Positions 1-9,263 of a stretch of 64,000 bases of DNA are shown one piece after another. Position numbers and translations under genes: made by a program. Source of the stretch: an uncultured Parachlamydiaceae bacterium (GTDB lineage Bacteria; Chlamydiota; Chlamydiia; Chlamydiales; Parachlamydiaceae). Within the stretch, counting starts at the first letter, position 1. Every line of letters starts with the position of its first letter. Under the pieces are notes generated by a model. The model was not told where the DNA came from. It made no database searches and saw only the letters and a program-made list of their open reading frames with translations. The DNA is taken from assembly GCA_963742415.1 (NCBI GenBank), contig CAVULX010000003.1:832001-896000 (forward strand). The letters are read 5' to 3'.

Positions 1-1
1 A

Positions 2-271
2 ATTGAAATGGAATCGGCAACCCTTTTCATGGCAAGCTACAGATATAAGCTGCCCCTGGGAGCGCTTCTCTTGATTTCAGATTTGCCTATGGGCCGCGAC
101 GGAATTAAAACCAAAGCAAGCTCCAACTTTGTTTATGCAAATTACACGGCCGATCACGTGGAAAAGGGGATTAAAATCTTAAGAGCCCTCCATAAAGCCA
201 TTAGCAAACAAGCTAAAGGAGTCTTCCGGGGAATTCGCAGAAGGTTTGAACAAAAATCGCAAAATGAGTAA
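2..271 (+). CDS. amn: AMP nucleosidase, C-terminal part (5' truncated by window edge)
   Basis: IEMESATLF...LPLGALLLISDLP...GIKT is the PNP/UDP-family C-terminal motif typical of the short AMP nucleosidases; frame is open from the window start. Confidence 0.8.
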   Translation: MEMESATLFMASYRYKLPLGALLLISDLPMGRDGIKTKASSNFVYANYTADHVEKGIKILRALHKAISKQAKGVFRGIRRRFEQKSQNE

Positions 272-323
272 TTTCATTTTTTTATATTAGTATAAAAAAA
301 ATCATTACTTACGGCAGGTTTTT

Positions 324-1286
324 ATGGTCAATAGTACAGAAGGTTCTTCTTCTACCTTTTGCAGCACAGGTCAACCCTCAATTAATAGTGCTGAAAGTTC
401 TCCTACCTATTCCCGCATATCCAAAAGCCTCGTCCAACCCCCAAAACTTGAAGGATTTTCAAAAAAGGTACCTTGCCTTAAATGTGGCAATCTAACGTCT
501 CGCGTTTGCCAGTTTTGCAGGTATTCATTTTATTGTAGTCCCAAATGCGAACAAATGAATCTTAAAAATCATCGCCCTGTTTGTCTTGAAATGCAGAGTG
601 GTTTAAGAGCATTGGCTTATGGAAAAACTATATGTAAAGTTTGCAATGTAGCTAGTGCTAAAAAAATATGTACGCGGTGTGAAGCAATCACCTATTGTGG
701 AGAAGAGTGTCAAGAAAAGGATTGGAATAAGCATAAACCCCTTTGCGATATGTTGTATGAGAAAAGTCGTGGGTCTATTATGAACATTGATCCAGAAGTT
801 GAATCTCTTCTTCAAGACATTATAAATGATAATCAACCTAGATTTGAACAGGGTTCAAAATATAAAAAAAATGGGGAGACTTCATCAAAAGAGGAGCCAG
901 TTCTTGAAAAATTGGCACATTTAACAATGACTTCGCAGGATACTAAAAAGAAAGCCTCTTCCTGGAAAATAGGGGAGAAAAAAAGGCCAGGGTTAGAAGG
1001 CCTTTTTGATAATCCCAATAAAATTGTCCGCTCTCCCCCAAGTGAAACAAATGTTGAGCCAGCGCCCACTAATACAAAAACTCCCCCCACGAAGCGCCAC
1101 AATACAACAATGCATGAAACAAAAAAAACAGGAGAGGGAATGTTGTCTCGCCAAAAGTCAGGTCCGGAGATTTTAGAGAGGAAAGGAAAAGGAAATGGAA
1201 TTTTAAATAAAGCGAAGGGATCTATGTTTCTTCGATTTATGAAAAAAAATTCAGAGCCTGCTCTCTTAAAAAAAGACAGAAAATGA
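324..1286 (+). CDS. Tandem MYND-type zinc-finger protein, candidate effector
   Basis: Two CxxC...CxxC...YCxxxC(Q/E)...HxxxC motifs (CLKC...HRPVC and CKVC...YCGEECQEKDWNKHKPLC); Ser/Thr-rich N-terminus; Lys-rich low-complexity C-terminus. Confidence 0.8.
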   Translation: MVNSTEGSSSTFCSTGQPSINSAESSPTYSRISKSLVQPPKLEGFSKKVPCLKCGNLTSRVCQFCRYSFYCSPKCEQMNLKNHRPVCLEMQSGLRALAYGKTICKVCNVASAKKICTRCEAITYCGEECQEKDWNKHKPLCDMLYEKSRGSIMNIDPEVESLLQDIINDNQPRFEQGSKYKKNGETSSKEEPVLEKLAHLTMTSQDTKKKASSWKIGEKKRPGLEGLFDNPNKIVRSPPSETNVEPAPTNTKTPPTKRHNTTMHETKKTGEGMLSRQKSGPEILERKGKGNGILNKAKGSMFLRFMKKNSEPALLKKDRK

Positions 1287-1336
1287 GCTGATGACTGACC
1301 TGGAATTTCTGACTTTTTGATAAAACATCAGTCTCT

Positions 1337-2002
1337 TTACCTTCCTTTTTCATGTACTACAGTAACTTTGGAATAACAGGGCAACGGAAGAGAAAGTACC
1401 CACTTATCAAGAGATTCTTTTATTTTATCATTAAAAAAATCTGCTTTATGGTATTGAATCCATCTCTCCTCTATAGGAGCATCTATAGTTATATCTATCC
1501 TTTCCGAGCCTGTGTTTTGAGGGGCGTGGTTTTCCATGATAATGGAGATTTTATCGCCATTTTTAATCCCGCTTTCATTCTCTATTTTTGTTAGATCATT
1601 TGTAATTTGATCTTCAAAATTTTCAAATAAAACATCTTTCAAAGTATTGGTTTCACTTTGATTTAAAGGCTCAATATCAATGTGATTTAATAATTTTAAT
1701 AATACTATATTTGCAATGGCCATAAGTGCTGGAGTAATAATTGTGCAATAGGTTATGATTTTAGCAATATTCCATGCGTATGGATGGGGAGAAGGCTCTT
1801 CATATGATACCTTGCCTATAATTTTTTGCGCGACTTCGTTACTTTCTTCACTAACTTTACTAGCTTGGCTGCTAAGTACACATACTTCACTATATTCAGA
1901 GTTATCTAAGTGAAAATAGCGGGAACTCATATCAGCTAATTTAGGAATATTAATACCCGAATTTGGATAAGTTACTATTGGTTTGTTAAAAATAATTGCC
2001 AT
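1337..2002 (-). CDS. Hypothetical protein with DUF648-like N-terminal domain; paralog of 4567-5418
   Basis: ATG at 2002 preceded by GAGAGGAAG; MSSRYFHL...EPSPHP...AKIITYCTIITPALMAIAN motif shared with 4567-5418. Confidence 0.6.
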   Translation of the reverse strand: MAIIFNKPIVTYPNSGINIPKLADMSSRYFHLDNSEYSEVCVLSSQASKVSEESNEVAQKIIGKVSYEEPSPHPYAWNIAKIITYCTIITPALMAIANIVLLKLLNHIDIEPLNQSETNTLKDVLFENFEDQITNDLTKIENESGIKNGDKISIIMENHAPQNTGSERIDITIDAPIEERWIQYHKADFFNDKIKESLDKWVLSLPLPCYSKVTVVHEKGR

Positions 2003-2197
2003 ACTTCCTCTCACATTATAATTACAAATAACCTATTTTACATTATATAATTTAACCTATTTTATATTGTATAATTTTATTTAATTTTTAAGCACTGAGT
2101 TCGGCTTATTTTTTTTAAAGTATTTAGAATGAATGTGATAGCTAAAATGTCAGGATCGTGCGACATAAGGCCATTCTTTTACCTTAGCAGTTCTAAT

Positions 2198-2568
2198 TTA
2201 ACGCGAGTTTTGGATAAAGGTCTTTTTTCAATCCTAAACTACTAATAATCAAATAGACAATCTCTCGGAATTTGCTTTGCCTAAACTTTAGTCTCGACAC
2301 ACTTCAGCCGTTAAAATTACCACAGAGCCCACAGAAAACACAGAGAGGGTATTATATCTTCATTCGACGAATGCCTTCTACTAATCGCTTTACATTATTA
2401 ATTAAATAATTCATAAGACCACTCTCTGTGTTCTCTGTGGGCTCTGTGGTAGTTTATTTCATCTAACAACCCGCTCAAAGTCTTTTCACAAGCAAAACAG
2501 CAAAAGCAAGGATTACTATATGCAAGCTGGTATTGAGTTTTCTTTCGCAATCAAAAAACTCGCGTTAA
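2198..2568. mobile_element. MITE-like element with 14-bp terminal inverted repeats enclosing a second palindromic element
   Basis: TTAACGCGAGTTTT (2198-2211) / AAAACTCGCGTTAA (2555-2568), perfect IR; the right arm supplies the stop codon of the 573-aa gene. Confidence 0.5.
2319..2450. repeat. 29-bp inverted repeat of ACCACAGAG-type units
   Basis: ACCACAGAGCCCACAGAAAACACAGAGAG (2319-2347) vs CTCTCTGTGTTCTCTGTGGGCTCTGTGGT (2422-2450), 1 mismatch. Confidence 0.85.
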
Positions 2569-4286
2569 TTCAATTTTTTCTTTAGCCTTTGGATTTCTAG
2601 TGCAACAAGCTTTAAGATGATGACTGAATCTGCTGCCTTTTGCCCCTCAAAAGTCTCTTTTTGAGCTGTTTTGATCAATTCTTGTAAGGTAAAAATTTTT
2701 ATTCTAGTACGGGCCTTCGGATTAGCAAAAATTCCCCTTTCAGCACTACTTATATTGGACTCAACGCAAGTTCCATAAAGTTGCATGCTCTTAAAATTGG
2801 ATTCCCGCTTAATCAGGTCTTTTGTAACTAATGACTTGTTCTTAGATAATGGATTATGTGCCTGGATATAAAGATTATGTAGTGCTTTTTCATTATCAGT
2901 CTTAACAATCTTCCCACCATTATTAATAATAAAATGATTATAAATTAGATCGTATAACGGTTCAATGTCATAGCTATATTGCTTATATGCCACAATTGAT
3001 CGAATAAAATTGTCATTGCTTAAAACTTTTTTTGAAGTTTGAATCCAGACTGTAGTTTTCGTAAACTTTTTATTACCTATCTTAAAATCAATAGGGCCAT
3101 GGAATTTCGTATCTGTGACTCCATCCCCACGATTATGGATAATGAAGAAATAATTTTCCCTAATCTTTCTAAACTCAAAGGTTACGGTATGATCGCGAAT
3201 TCCCAGCGGCACATAAAAGCAGGTTGAGTCTTCGTTTAAATTGACTATTTTACTAGACTGAGGGGTATCTAACATTTCGATCGCATGTTTTATAGTTTTG
3301 ATTTGTTTATTGAGATCCCCCCAGGTCCCACGAGCTATTGACAGCCTATAATTAGCGATATCGATAAGACATTTTTTTTCATTTTCTTCAATTTGTTTAT
3401 TTGGATAGATCGCCAAGCTTAAGATGAATTGATGAGCTTGCAATGCTCTACATTTCACTTGATAGCCTAAGTAAAGGGAACAATTTCTATTTGCAAGCTC
3501 AGAAGTAAGATCAGGATGTTTAACACCTTTAAGACCAACATTGAATAAACAATTGAGCACCTTATTATCGGGAATAAAGTTTAAGGCTGCACAAGTATGA
3601 ACTGAATCAACAATAAATTTTGCTATATCTGGATCGATAGGTTGAGAAACATCTAATAATGTATCCAAAATTTCGCAATATTCTAAAATTTCATAATATT
3701 CTTTATATATAAGCCCATCTAACCCATCTGTTGGCAGCAAATCAAAGTCACGATTTTTGGCAAGATTTTCAATTTCTTGTTCGAGTTGTTCGAATTTTGT
3801 CGATAAAGCTGTGATTTTTTCTTTTATTGGTGGGTCGGCTGTTTTAGTGAGTTCATCAAGGATTTGTTGAAATTCATTTTCGAAAATTTTTTTTTCCCTA
3901 TCGAGGCTTTTTTTCCAATTAGACGTTAACTCTTGATACAGTTTTTTTTCTGAAGAAAAGTGGTTAATGTCAAAATAAGTTAAATTACCTAAACCAAATC
4001 TTTTGTATTTTCTTTTATAAATTTTTTGTGCACAATGGACAATTTTTCTGTCCACAAGGTAAGAAGGGGAAGAAGCTTCGGTAAGAGCTCTATTTGATAT
4101 GAGAAGCATTTGCTCAAAAGATATTTCAGCTTCCTTGACAGTTTGACTTTTTTTCACATATAAAAGTTTTCCGCAACCGCCTTTGTTAATGACTGCAATC
4201 CTACCATGATTTGGATTATCGCTTATGTCTTCTAAAATATCGCCCCATTTCTTGTAATCAATCTTAAGATTTACAACTGAAGACAT
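2565..4286 (-). CDS. Hypothetical 573-aa protein with coiled coil and possible His-Asn-(Gln)-Cys cysteine-protease-like domain
   Basis: Long AT-rich ORF; motifs DHTVTFEF, FIIHNRGDG and MQLYGTC occur in H-N-Q-C order. Confidence 0.6.
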   Translation of the reverse strand: MSSVVNLKIDYKKWGDILEDISDNPNHGRIAVINKGGCGKLLYVKKSQTVKEAEISFEQMLLISNRALTEASSPSYLVDRKIVHCAQKIYKRKYKRFGLGNLTYFDINHFSSEKKLYQELTSNWKKSLDREKKIFENEFQQILDELTKTADPPIKEKITALSTKFEQLEQEIENLAKNRDFDLLPTDGLDGLIYKEYYEILEYCEILDTLLDVSQPIDPDIAKFIVDSVHTCAALNFIPDNKVLNCLFNVGLKGVKHPDLTSELANRNCSLYLGYQVKCRALQAHQFILSLAIYPNKQIEENEKKCLIDIANYRLSIARGTWGDLNKQIKTIKHAIEMLDTPQSSKIVNLNEDSTCFYVPLGIRDHTVTFEFRKIRENYFFIIHNRGDGVTDTKFHGPIDFKIGNKKFTKTTVWIQTSKKVLSNDNFIRSIVAYKQYSYDIEPLYDLIYNHFIINNGGKIVKTDNEKALHNLYIQAHNPLSKNKSLVTKDLIKRESNFKSMQLYGTCVESNISSAERGIFANPKARTRIKIFTLQELIKTAQKETFEGQKAADSVIILKLVALEIQRLKKKLN

Positions 4287-4320
4287 AAAAGGCCTTCCTT
4301 TCTTAAGAAATGGGGCATAG

Positions 4321-4494
4321 TGAGAATATCGACTCTGCCCTTGGCAACCTCTTCCAGGGTTTCACTTGTCTAGGTGTACGGAAGCGGGAAAGGATTCCGA
4401 TATTGAAACGGAAGTTGCTCAATTTCTCAATAAAACTTTCGAAATACCGCATCGGGAGAACTGTTATGGGCACTACAATCGCCACTTGTTTTTG
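4321..4494 (-). pseudogene. Degenerate internal fragment of mfd
   Basis: QKQVAIVVPITVLPMRYFESFIEKLSNFRFNIGILSRFRT aligns with Mfd QKQVAILVPTTVLAMQHYENFIERMSNFPVNIGVLSRFRT (DNA 6908-7085); 4-bp deletion shifts the frame. Confidence 0.85.
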
Positions 4495-4566
4495 TACATG
4501 AGACACTATTTTCAGTAATCCATTTATTTGGATGGTCTTACTGAATATTCGGTTCCGCGCGCATAA

Positions 4567-5418
4567 TTATTTATAAAATCCATATTTGTCCGGTTTTACT
4601 GAATATTCGATTCCGCTCGCATAACCATGTATAAATTTTACGATTTTATTTCTTGCTGCTCTAGGAGAAGCTAAATCTACTGTTGTTGACTCTCTTCTAT
4701 AATTTCTTTTGGCTTCTAAAATAGCTGTTTTTGTTTTAAATTCTCCGGCTTCTTCTAATAAACCATCGGCAATTTTTCCTGCATGATCACTCAATACTTG
4801 AACTTTCCAAAAACAAGGGAAGTCAATTTTTTTTATTATATTCCCAAGTTCTGCTTGGATGTAATGATAATCGATTTGCTCTTTTCCGTCGTCACCTATG
4901 ATTATGACGTCGTTCTTATATCCACCAATATTAATAGTATTGTCTTTATGAGGCCCATGAGTATGCAATTCAATCCCTACTAAATCACCATCAGTAAAAT
5001 CTTTTAAATCTTCTTTAATTTGAACCATTAACTTTTTAATAATATTCTGTTTTAATTTATCAAATTCGCCATCGGTTAATTCGTTTACTTTAACTTTATT
5101 AAAAAATTTAAATGCCACAACATTTACAACTACCATAGCAGCAGAGAAAGGAAACAATAGAACATAAGATAGACATTTAGCACAATTCATAAGGCGTGGA
5201 TGGGAAGAAGGCTCTGTATAAATTACATCGGCGGAAATTGTGTTCTGACCAATTTCGTTAACTGTAGAAACTTTTTCATCATAATTAGTGGGATTTAAAT
5301 GCAAATAGCGGGTACTCATATTAGCCGTTTTTTCAAATAATGTGAGCTTCTTCACACCTTCAAATGCAGAATTGTCTATCGGTGTTGTAAATAATAATTT
5401 TCCTACATAGTTTGTCAT
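4567..5418 (-). CDS. Hypothetical protein with DUF648-like N-terminal domain; paralog of 1337-2002
   Basis: AGGAGG RBS; MSTRYLHL...EPSSHP...AKCLSYVLLFPFSAAMVVVN motif. Confidence 0.65.
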   Translation of the reverse strand: MTNYVGKLLFTTPIDNSAFEGVKKLTLFEKTANMSTRYLHLNPTNYDEKVSTVNEIGQNTISADVIYTEPSSHPRLMNCAKCLSYVLLFPFSAAMVVVNVVAFKFFNKVKVNELTDGEFDKLKQNIIKKLMVQIKEDLKDFTDGDLVGIELHTHGPHKDNTINIGGYKNDVIIIGDDGKEQIDYHYIQAELGNIIKKIDFPCFWKVQVLSDHAGKIADGLLEEAGEFKTKTAILEAKRNYRRESTTVDLASPRAARNKIVKFIHGYASGIEYSVKPDKYGFYK

Positions 5419-5651
5419 AGTTTACCTCCTATATACATCAATAATTATTATATTAGTTTTTTAATATAATTTGAAAAAAATAATTTGCAATTAAAAAACG
5501 AACGCGTCCGAGGGGAGAAATAAATTTAATTCTATCTTTTCGAATAAATATTCAAATGCAGCACTCCAAATTGACCCTGCGCATTTCTTATTCGTATGTA
5601 AATAACCCTTAAATATTTATATCCTTGATATCCTGCTGCTTGCGATCCTGC

Positions 5652-8600
5652 CTATCTTGCTGTTTTTAGATCCTGACGGTCTGACTCTAAGGCTTGAATG
5701 ATTTTGGATTCCAATTCTTGGGGAGTCTTTGGCGGCGAGATGATCACTTTTCTGGTCGTTGTTTGTTTCCCTTTTTGCTGCTCAGCTGTCAGGGACAATT
5801 TTTCATATTTGAGCAGTGTATAACCGTTTAAAGCTCCGTAAACGCGGACGCGGGTGAGATAATAGAGCCACCGGGCAGGCTCAGGTGCAGGCCCAAAACG
5901 GTCTTGTAATTCGCTCCATAGGGCATCCACTTCCTCGAAAGATGCAGCTTCTCCGAGCCTCTGGTAGATCTCCATGCGAAGGCTGACTTCGTTAATGTAT
6001 TCTTCTGGAAGGCGGGCATCAATTGGGAATTCCAATTTTGTGTCGCATACGACGGTTGGAATTTTCCCCTGCATGGCTTGAATTGTCCGCTTTAATAATT
6101 TGCAATAGAGATGGAATCCGATGGCTGAGACATGACCCGATTGTTCCATCCCTAAAATGTTCCCGGCTCCACGGATTTCAAGATCGCGCATGGCTATTTT
6201 CATCCCCCCGCCATAGCCTGAAGCCTCGGAAAGCGCATTAAGCCTTTTGCGTGAGATTTCGGGGAGAGAGCGCAAGCGTGGAACTAAAAAGTAGGCATAG
6301 GCCCGCCGGTTCCACCGGCCGACCCTTCCTCTCAGTTGATAAAGGTCGGCTAAGCCGAAGCCATCTGCTTTTTCAATGAGAATGGTGTTTGCATTCGGGA
6401 TATCGATTCCATTCTCCACAATGGTTGTGGCTATTAAAATGTCTGCATGACCATTTTTGAAGGCGTGGAAGACCAGGTCGATCTCATCAGCGCTCATTTG
6501 TCCATGGCCAACAACGACCCGGGCCTGAGGAAGCAGCTTTTTTATATAGGAGGCTGTATCGAAAATGGATTCGACCCGATTGTGGATGATATAAACTTGA
6601 CCATCGCGGGCCAGTTCCCGCAAGATCGCATTTTTGATGACCTGCTCATTAGGTTCTGTGATGATCGTGGTGATGGGGAGTCGATCTTGCGGGGGAGTAT
6701 TGATGACCGACATGTCTCTTGCGCCTATAAGAGACATGTATAATGTTCGTGGAATCGGTGTAGCTGAAAGTGTGAGACAATCAACACCCGCTTTTATTTT
6801 TTTGAGGTGCTCCTTAGCTTTTACCCCAAACCGCTGTTCTTCATCGATGATCACAAGGCCTAAGTCTTTAAAGAGAACATCTTCGCTGATGATGCGGTGG
6901 GTGCCGATGAGAATATCGACAGTGCCTTTGGCAACTCCTTCAAGAGTTTCTCTGATCTGTTTAGTAGTGCGGAAGCGGGAAAGGACCCCGATATTGACAG
7001 GGAAGTTGCTCATCCTTTCTATAAAGTTTTCATAATGTTGCATGGCTAACACTGTTGTGGGCACTAAAATGGCCACTTGCTTTTGCCCATCGACGACTGC
7101 CTTGAAGGCCGCTCGCATGGCTACTTCTGTCTTTCCATAGCCTACATCGCCGCAAACTAACCGATCCATAGCCTTGGATGAAGACATATCTTCTTTTAAG
7201 TTGGCAATGGCCTGAAGCTGGTCTTCTGTTTCAATATAGGGAAAATCTTCTTCAAAGGCTTTCATATCGGGGCTGTCGGCCGGATAAGAAAATCCCCCTT
7301 TGATTTCTCTCTGTGCATATATTTGAAGCAGATCGGAGGCATATTCTAAAATCGCACGTTCCGTATGCTCCTTGGCTTTTTTCCATCGGTTGCTTCCTAA
7401 TGTGTGCATGCGGGGGACTTCATCGCTTGCGCCGATATATTTGCTGATGAGGTAAGCTTGATTTAAAGGAACGTATAATTTTGTATTTTCAGCATATTCT
7501 AAAACAAAAAACTCTGTCAGGACACCCACATTATTCGGCCTTTTTTCTAATCCTAAATATTTACCGATCCCATGGTTAAGGTGGACCACCATTTCCCCGG
7601 GCGTTAAATCGTAAACTTCGGAAGGAAGTGTGTGGTAGGTGCTTCTCTGCTTTTGCCGCCGGATCTTATAGCGATGGGTGATTTCCGTCATGGGAAAAAG
7701 GGCCAAATTGAAATCCACCGCAACGAGTCCTGAGGAAAGGTAGCCAATATGATAAACGGTGTTGTGGGGCAGCCGGATCCCCGCATCCAAAATCCGTTTT
7801 TGCAAAGTGGTTTGCTCAGCTTCTGTGGAGCAAAGAAAGTGGAGTTGAAAATCGGAGGATCCGAATTTTCCCAAAGAATTTAACAAATCCAGTCCTGAGA
7901 TGTTTTCCCCTTCGGGGAGCAAGTAATCAGCTAACATTTCAAAAGGATGCTGCCAACGTTGAGCCTTCAACGATCTATTGAACATCTGAAATTGGATAGA
8001 ATGTAAGGGAACCGTGGCCGAGTAGTAGCCCTTAGACATTTTTTCTGTCAGATGAACCTCGCTCAATTCTTCGATGGGCTGTACTGACCAAAATATTTTT
8101 TGCAACGGTTCTAGTTTCTGCATCAATTGGTCGATCGTTCCGAAGGTGCGGGAAGAAATCCCTGACATGCTTGTTAAGGAAGCATACCGGTCTTCCAATG
8201 CCAGCAAATCATCAAAGACAACCAGGGTATTAGGCCCTAAATAATCGAGCACCGTCGCCAGTTTCTCTTCCCCTTTGAGAAGCTCTAATTCTTGGGCCGG
8301 GGTAATCGAGATTTTTTGGACAGGCTGAACAGACTTTTGCCCTATAGGATCGTATAGACGGATCGATTCAATTTCGTCTCCCCAAAATTCAATCCGGCAG
8401 GGATCGGGGGAAGACACAGGAAAGATATCGATGATCCCTCCACGCACAGCAAATTCCCCCTTTTCAGAGGCAACGCTTTGCCGCTGGTATCCCATTTTTA
8501 TTAGACGGTTGATCAGCTCTTCAAAAGAGATGGTATCCCCGGTTTTTAAGGTCAAATAAAGGCTGGAAAAATGTTCACGGGGAAGAAGTTTTTGCAAACA

Positions 8601-8960
8601 TGCTTGCAAGCCTGTCAAGATGATATGGGGCTCTTTCCCTTGCAGGATTTCTTGCAAGACACGATACCTTTCACCCACAATATCAGGGCTGGGGGGAATA
8701 TTTTCCGAAGGCAATGTTTCCCAGGCAGGAAAATCGACGATGGGGCGTTCAGTAAAAAAGGCAAAGTCTTGGAATAGCCGAACCTCCTCCTGGCTAGCCC
8801 CTGTTAAAATCAAAATGTGTTTTCCGGTAGCTTGTTGGGCCAAAGAGGCGAGCAAGGCCTTAGGAGCGTTCCATAACCCTTCTATTAAAATTGATTCCCC
8901 ATCTCGCAAGGCTTGTTCGTAAATTGACAGTTTTTCACTTTCTAAAAATTTCTTCAGCAT
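5652..8960 (-). CDS. mfd: Transcription-repair coupling factor
   Basis: UvrB-like N-terminus, RID domain (VVHLNHGIGKY), MDRLVCGDVGYGKTEVA, DEEQRFG, SATPIPRT, QLRGRVGR, TRCF C-terminal domain. Confidence 0.98.
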   Translation of the reverse strand: MLKKFLESEKLSIYEQALRDGESILIEGLWNAPKALLASLAQQATGKHILILTGASQEEVRLFQDFAFFTERPIVDFPAWETLPSENIPPSPDIVGERYRVLQEILQGKEPHIILTGLQACLQKLLPREHFSSLYLTLKTGDTISFEELINRLIKMGYQRQSVASEKGEFAVRGGIIDIFPVSSPDPCRIEFWGDEIESIRLYDPIGQKSVQPVQKISITPAQELELLKGEEKLATVLDYLGPNTLVVFDDLLALEDRYASLTSMSGISSRTFGTIDQLMQKLEPLQKIFWSVQPIEELSEVHLTEKMSKGYYSATVPLHSIQFQMFNRSLKAQRWQHPFEMLADYLLPEGENISGLDLLNSLGKFGSSDFQLHFLCSTEAEQTTLQKRILDAGIRLPHNTVYHIGYLSSGLVAVDFNLALFPMTEITHRYKIRRQKQRSTYHTLPSEVYDLTPGEMVVHLNHGIGKYLGLEKRPNNVGVLTEFFVLEYAENTKLYVPLNQAYLISKYIGASDEVPRMHTLGSNRWKKAKEHTERAILEYASDLLQIYAQREIKGGFSYPADSPDMKAFEEDFPYIETEDQLQAIANLKEDMSSSKAMDRLVCGDVGYGKTEVAMRAAFKAVVDGQKQVAILVPTTVLAMQHYENFIERMSNFPVNIGVLSRFRTTKQIRETLEGVAKGTVDILIGTHRIISEDVLFKDLGLVIIDEEQRFGVKAKEHLKKIKAGVDCLTLSATPIPRTLYMSLIGARDMSVINTPPQDRLPITTIITEPNEQVIKNAILRELARDGQVYIIHNRVESIFDTASYIKKLLPQARVVVGHGQMSADEIDLVFHAFKNGHADILIATTIVENGIDIPNANTILIEKADGFGLADLYQLRGRVGRWNRRAYAYFLVPRLRSLPEISRKRLNALSEASGYGGGMKIAMRDLEIRGAGNILGMEQSGHVSAIGFHLYCKLLKRTIQAMQGKIPTVVCDTKLEFPIDARLPEEYINEVSLRMEIYQRLGEAASFEEVDALWSELQDRFGPAPEPARWLYYLTRVRVYGALNGYTLLKYEKLSLTAEQQKGKQTTTRKVIISPPKTPQELESKIIQALESDRQDLKTAR

Positions 8961-9003
8961 AACTTAGGCTAGCTTAATTGTTTAAATCACATTGAATACA
9001 AAT

Positions 9004-9254
9004 AACAGGATGAGCAAGATCGCCTTTGGCGGCAAGATAAGCAGGATAATATGTTAATTTGGAGTGCGGCGGCTTGCCGCCGCTTTGATAAGCATCGCCT
9101 TGGGGATGCTCTAAAGCAAAGGCATCGTCAAGCCGATGCCTAATAAAGCGGCGTCAAGCCGCCGCACTCCAAATTTTAGGCTGAACCGCCGCACTCCAAA
9201 TTGTGCTCTTATCCTGCTTATCTTGCCGCCAAAGGCGATCTTGCCCATCCTGTT
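9004..9254. repeat. Nested palindromic element: 46-bp outer inverted repeat enclosing a REP-like inverted pair
   Basis: Outer arms 9004-9049 / 9209-9254 (1 mismatch); inner AATTTGGAGTGCGGCGGCTTGCCGCCGCTTT (9056-9086) / AAAGCGGCGTCAAGCCGCCGCACTCCAAATT (9145-9175), plus partial copy at 9186-9202. Confidence 0.9.
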
Positions 9255-9263
9255 CTTTTTTTG

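Noticed and set aside
4321..7085. mfd fragment as a DGR or a functional small gene
   Set aside because: Substitutions involve all bases and include a frameshifting deletion; looks like decay
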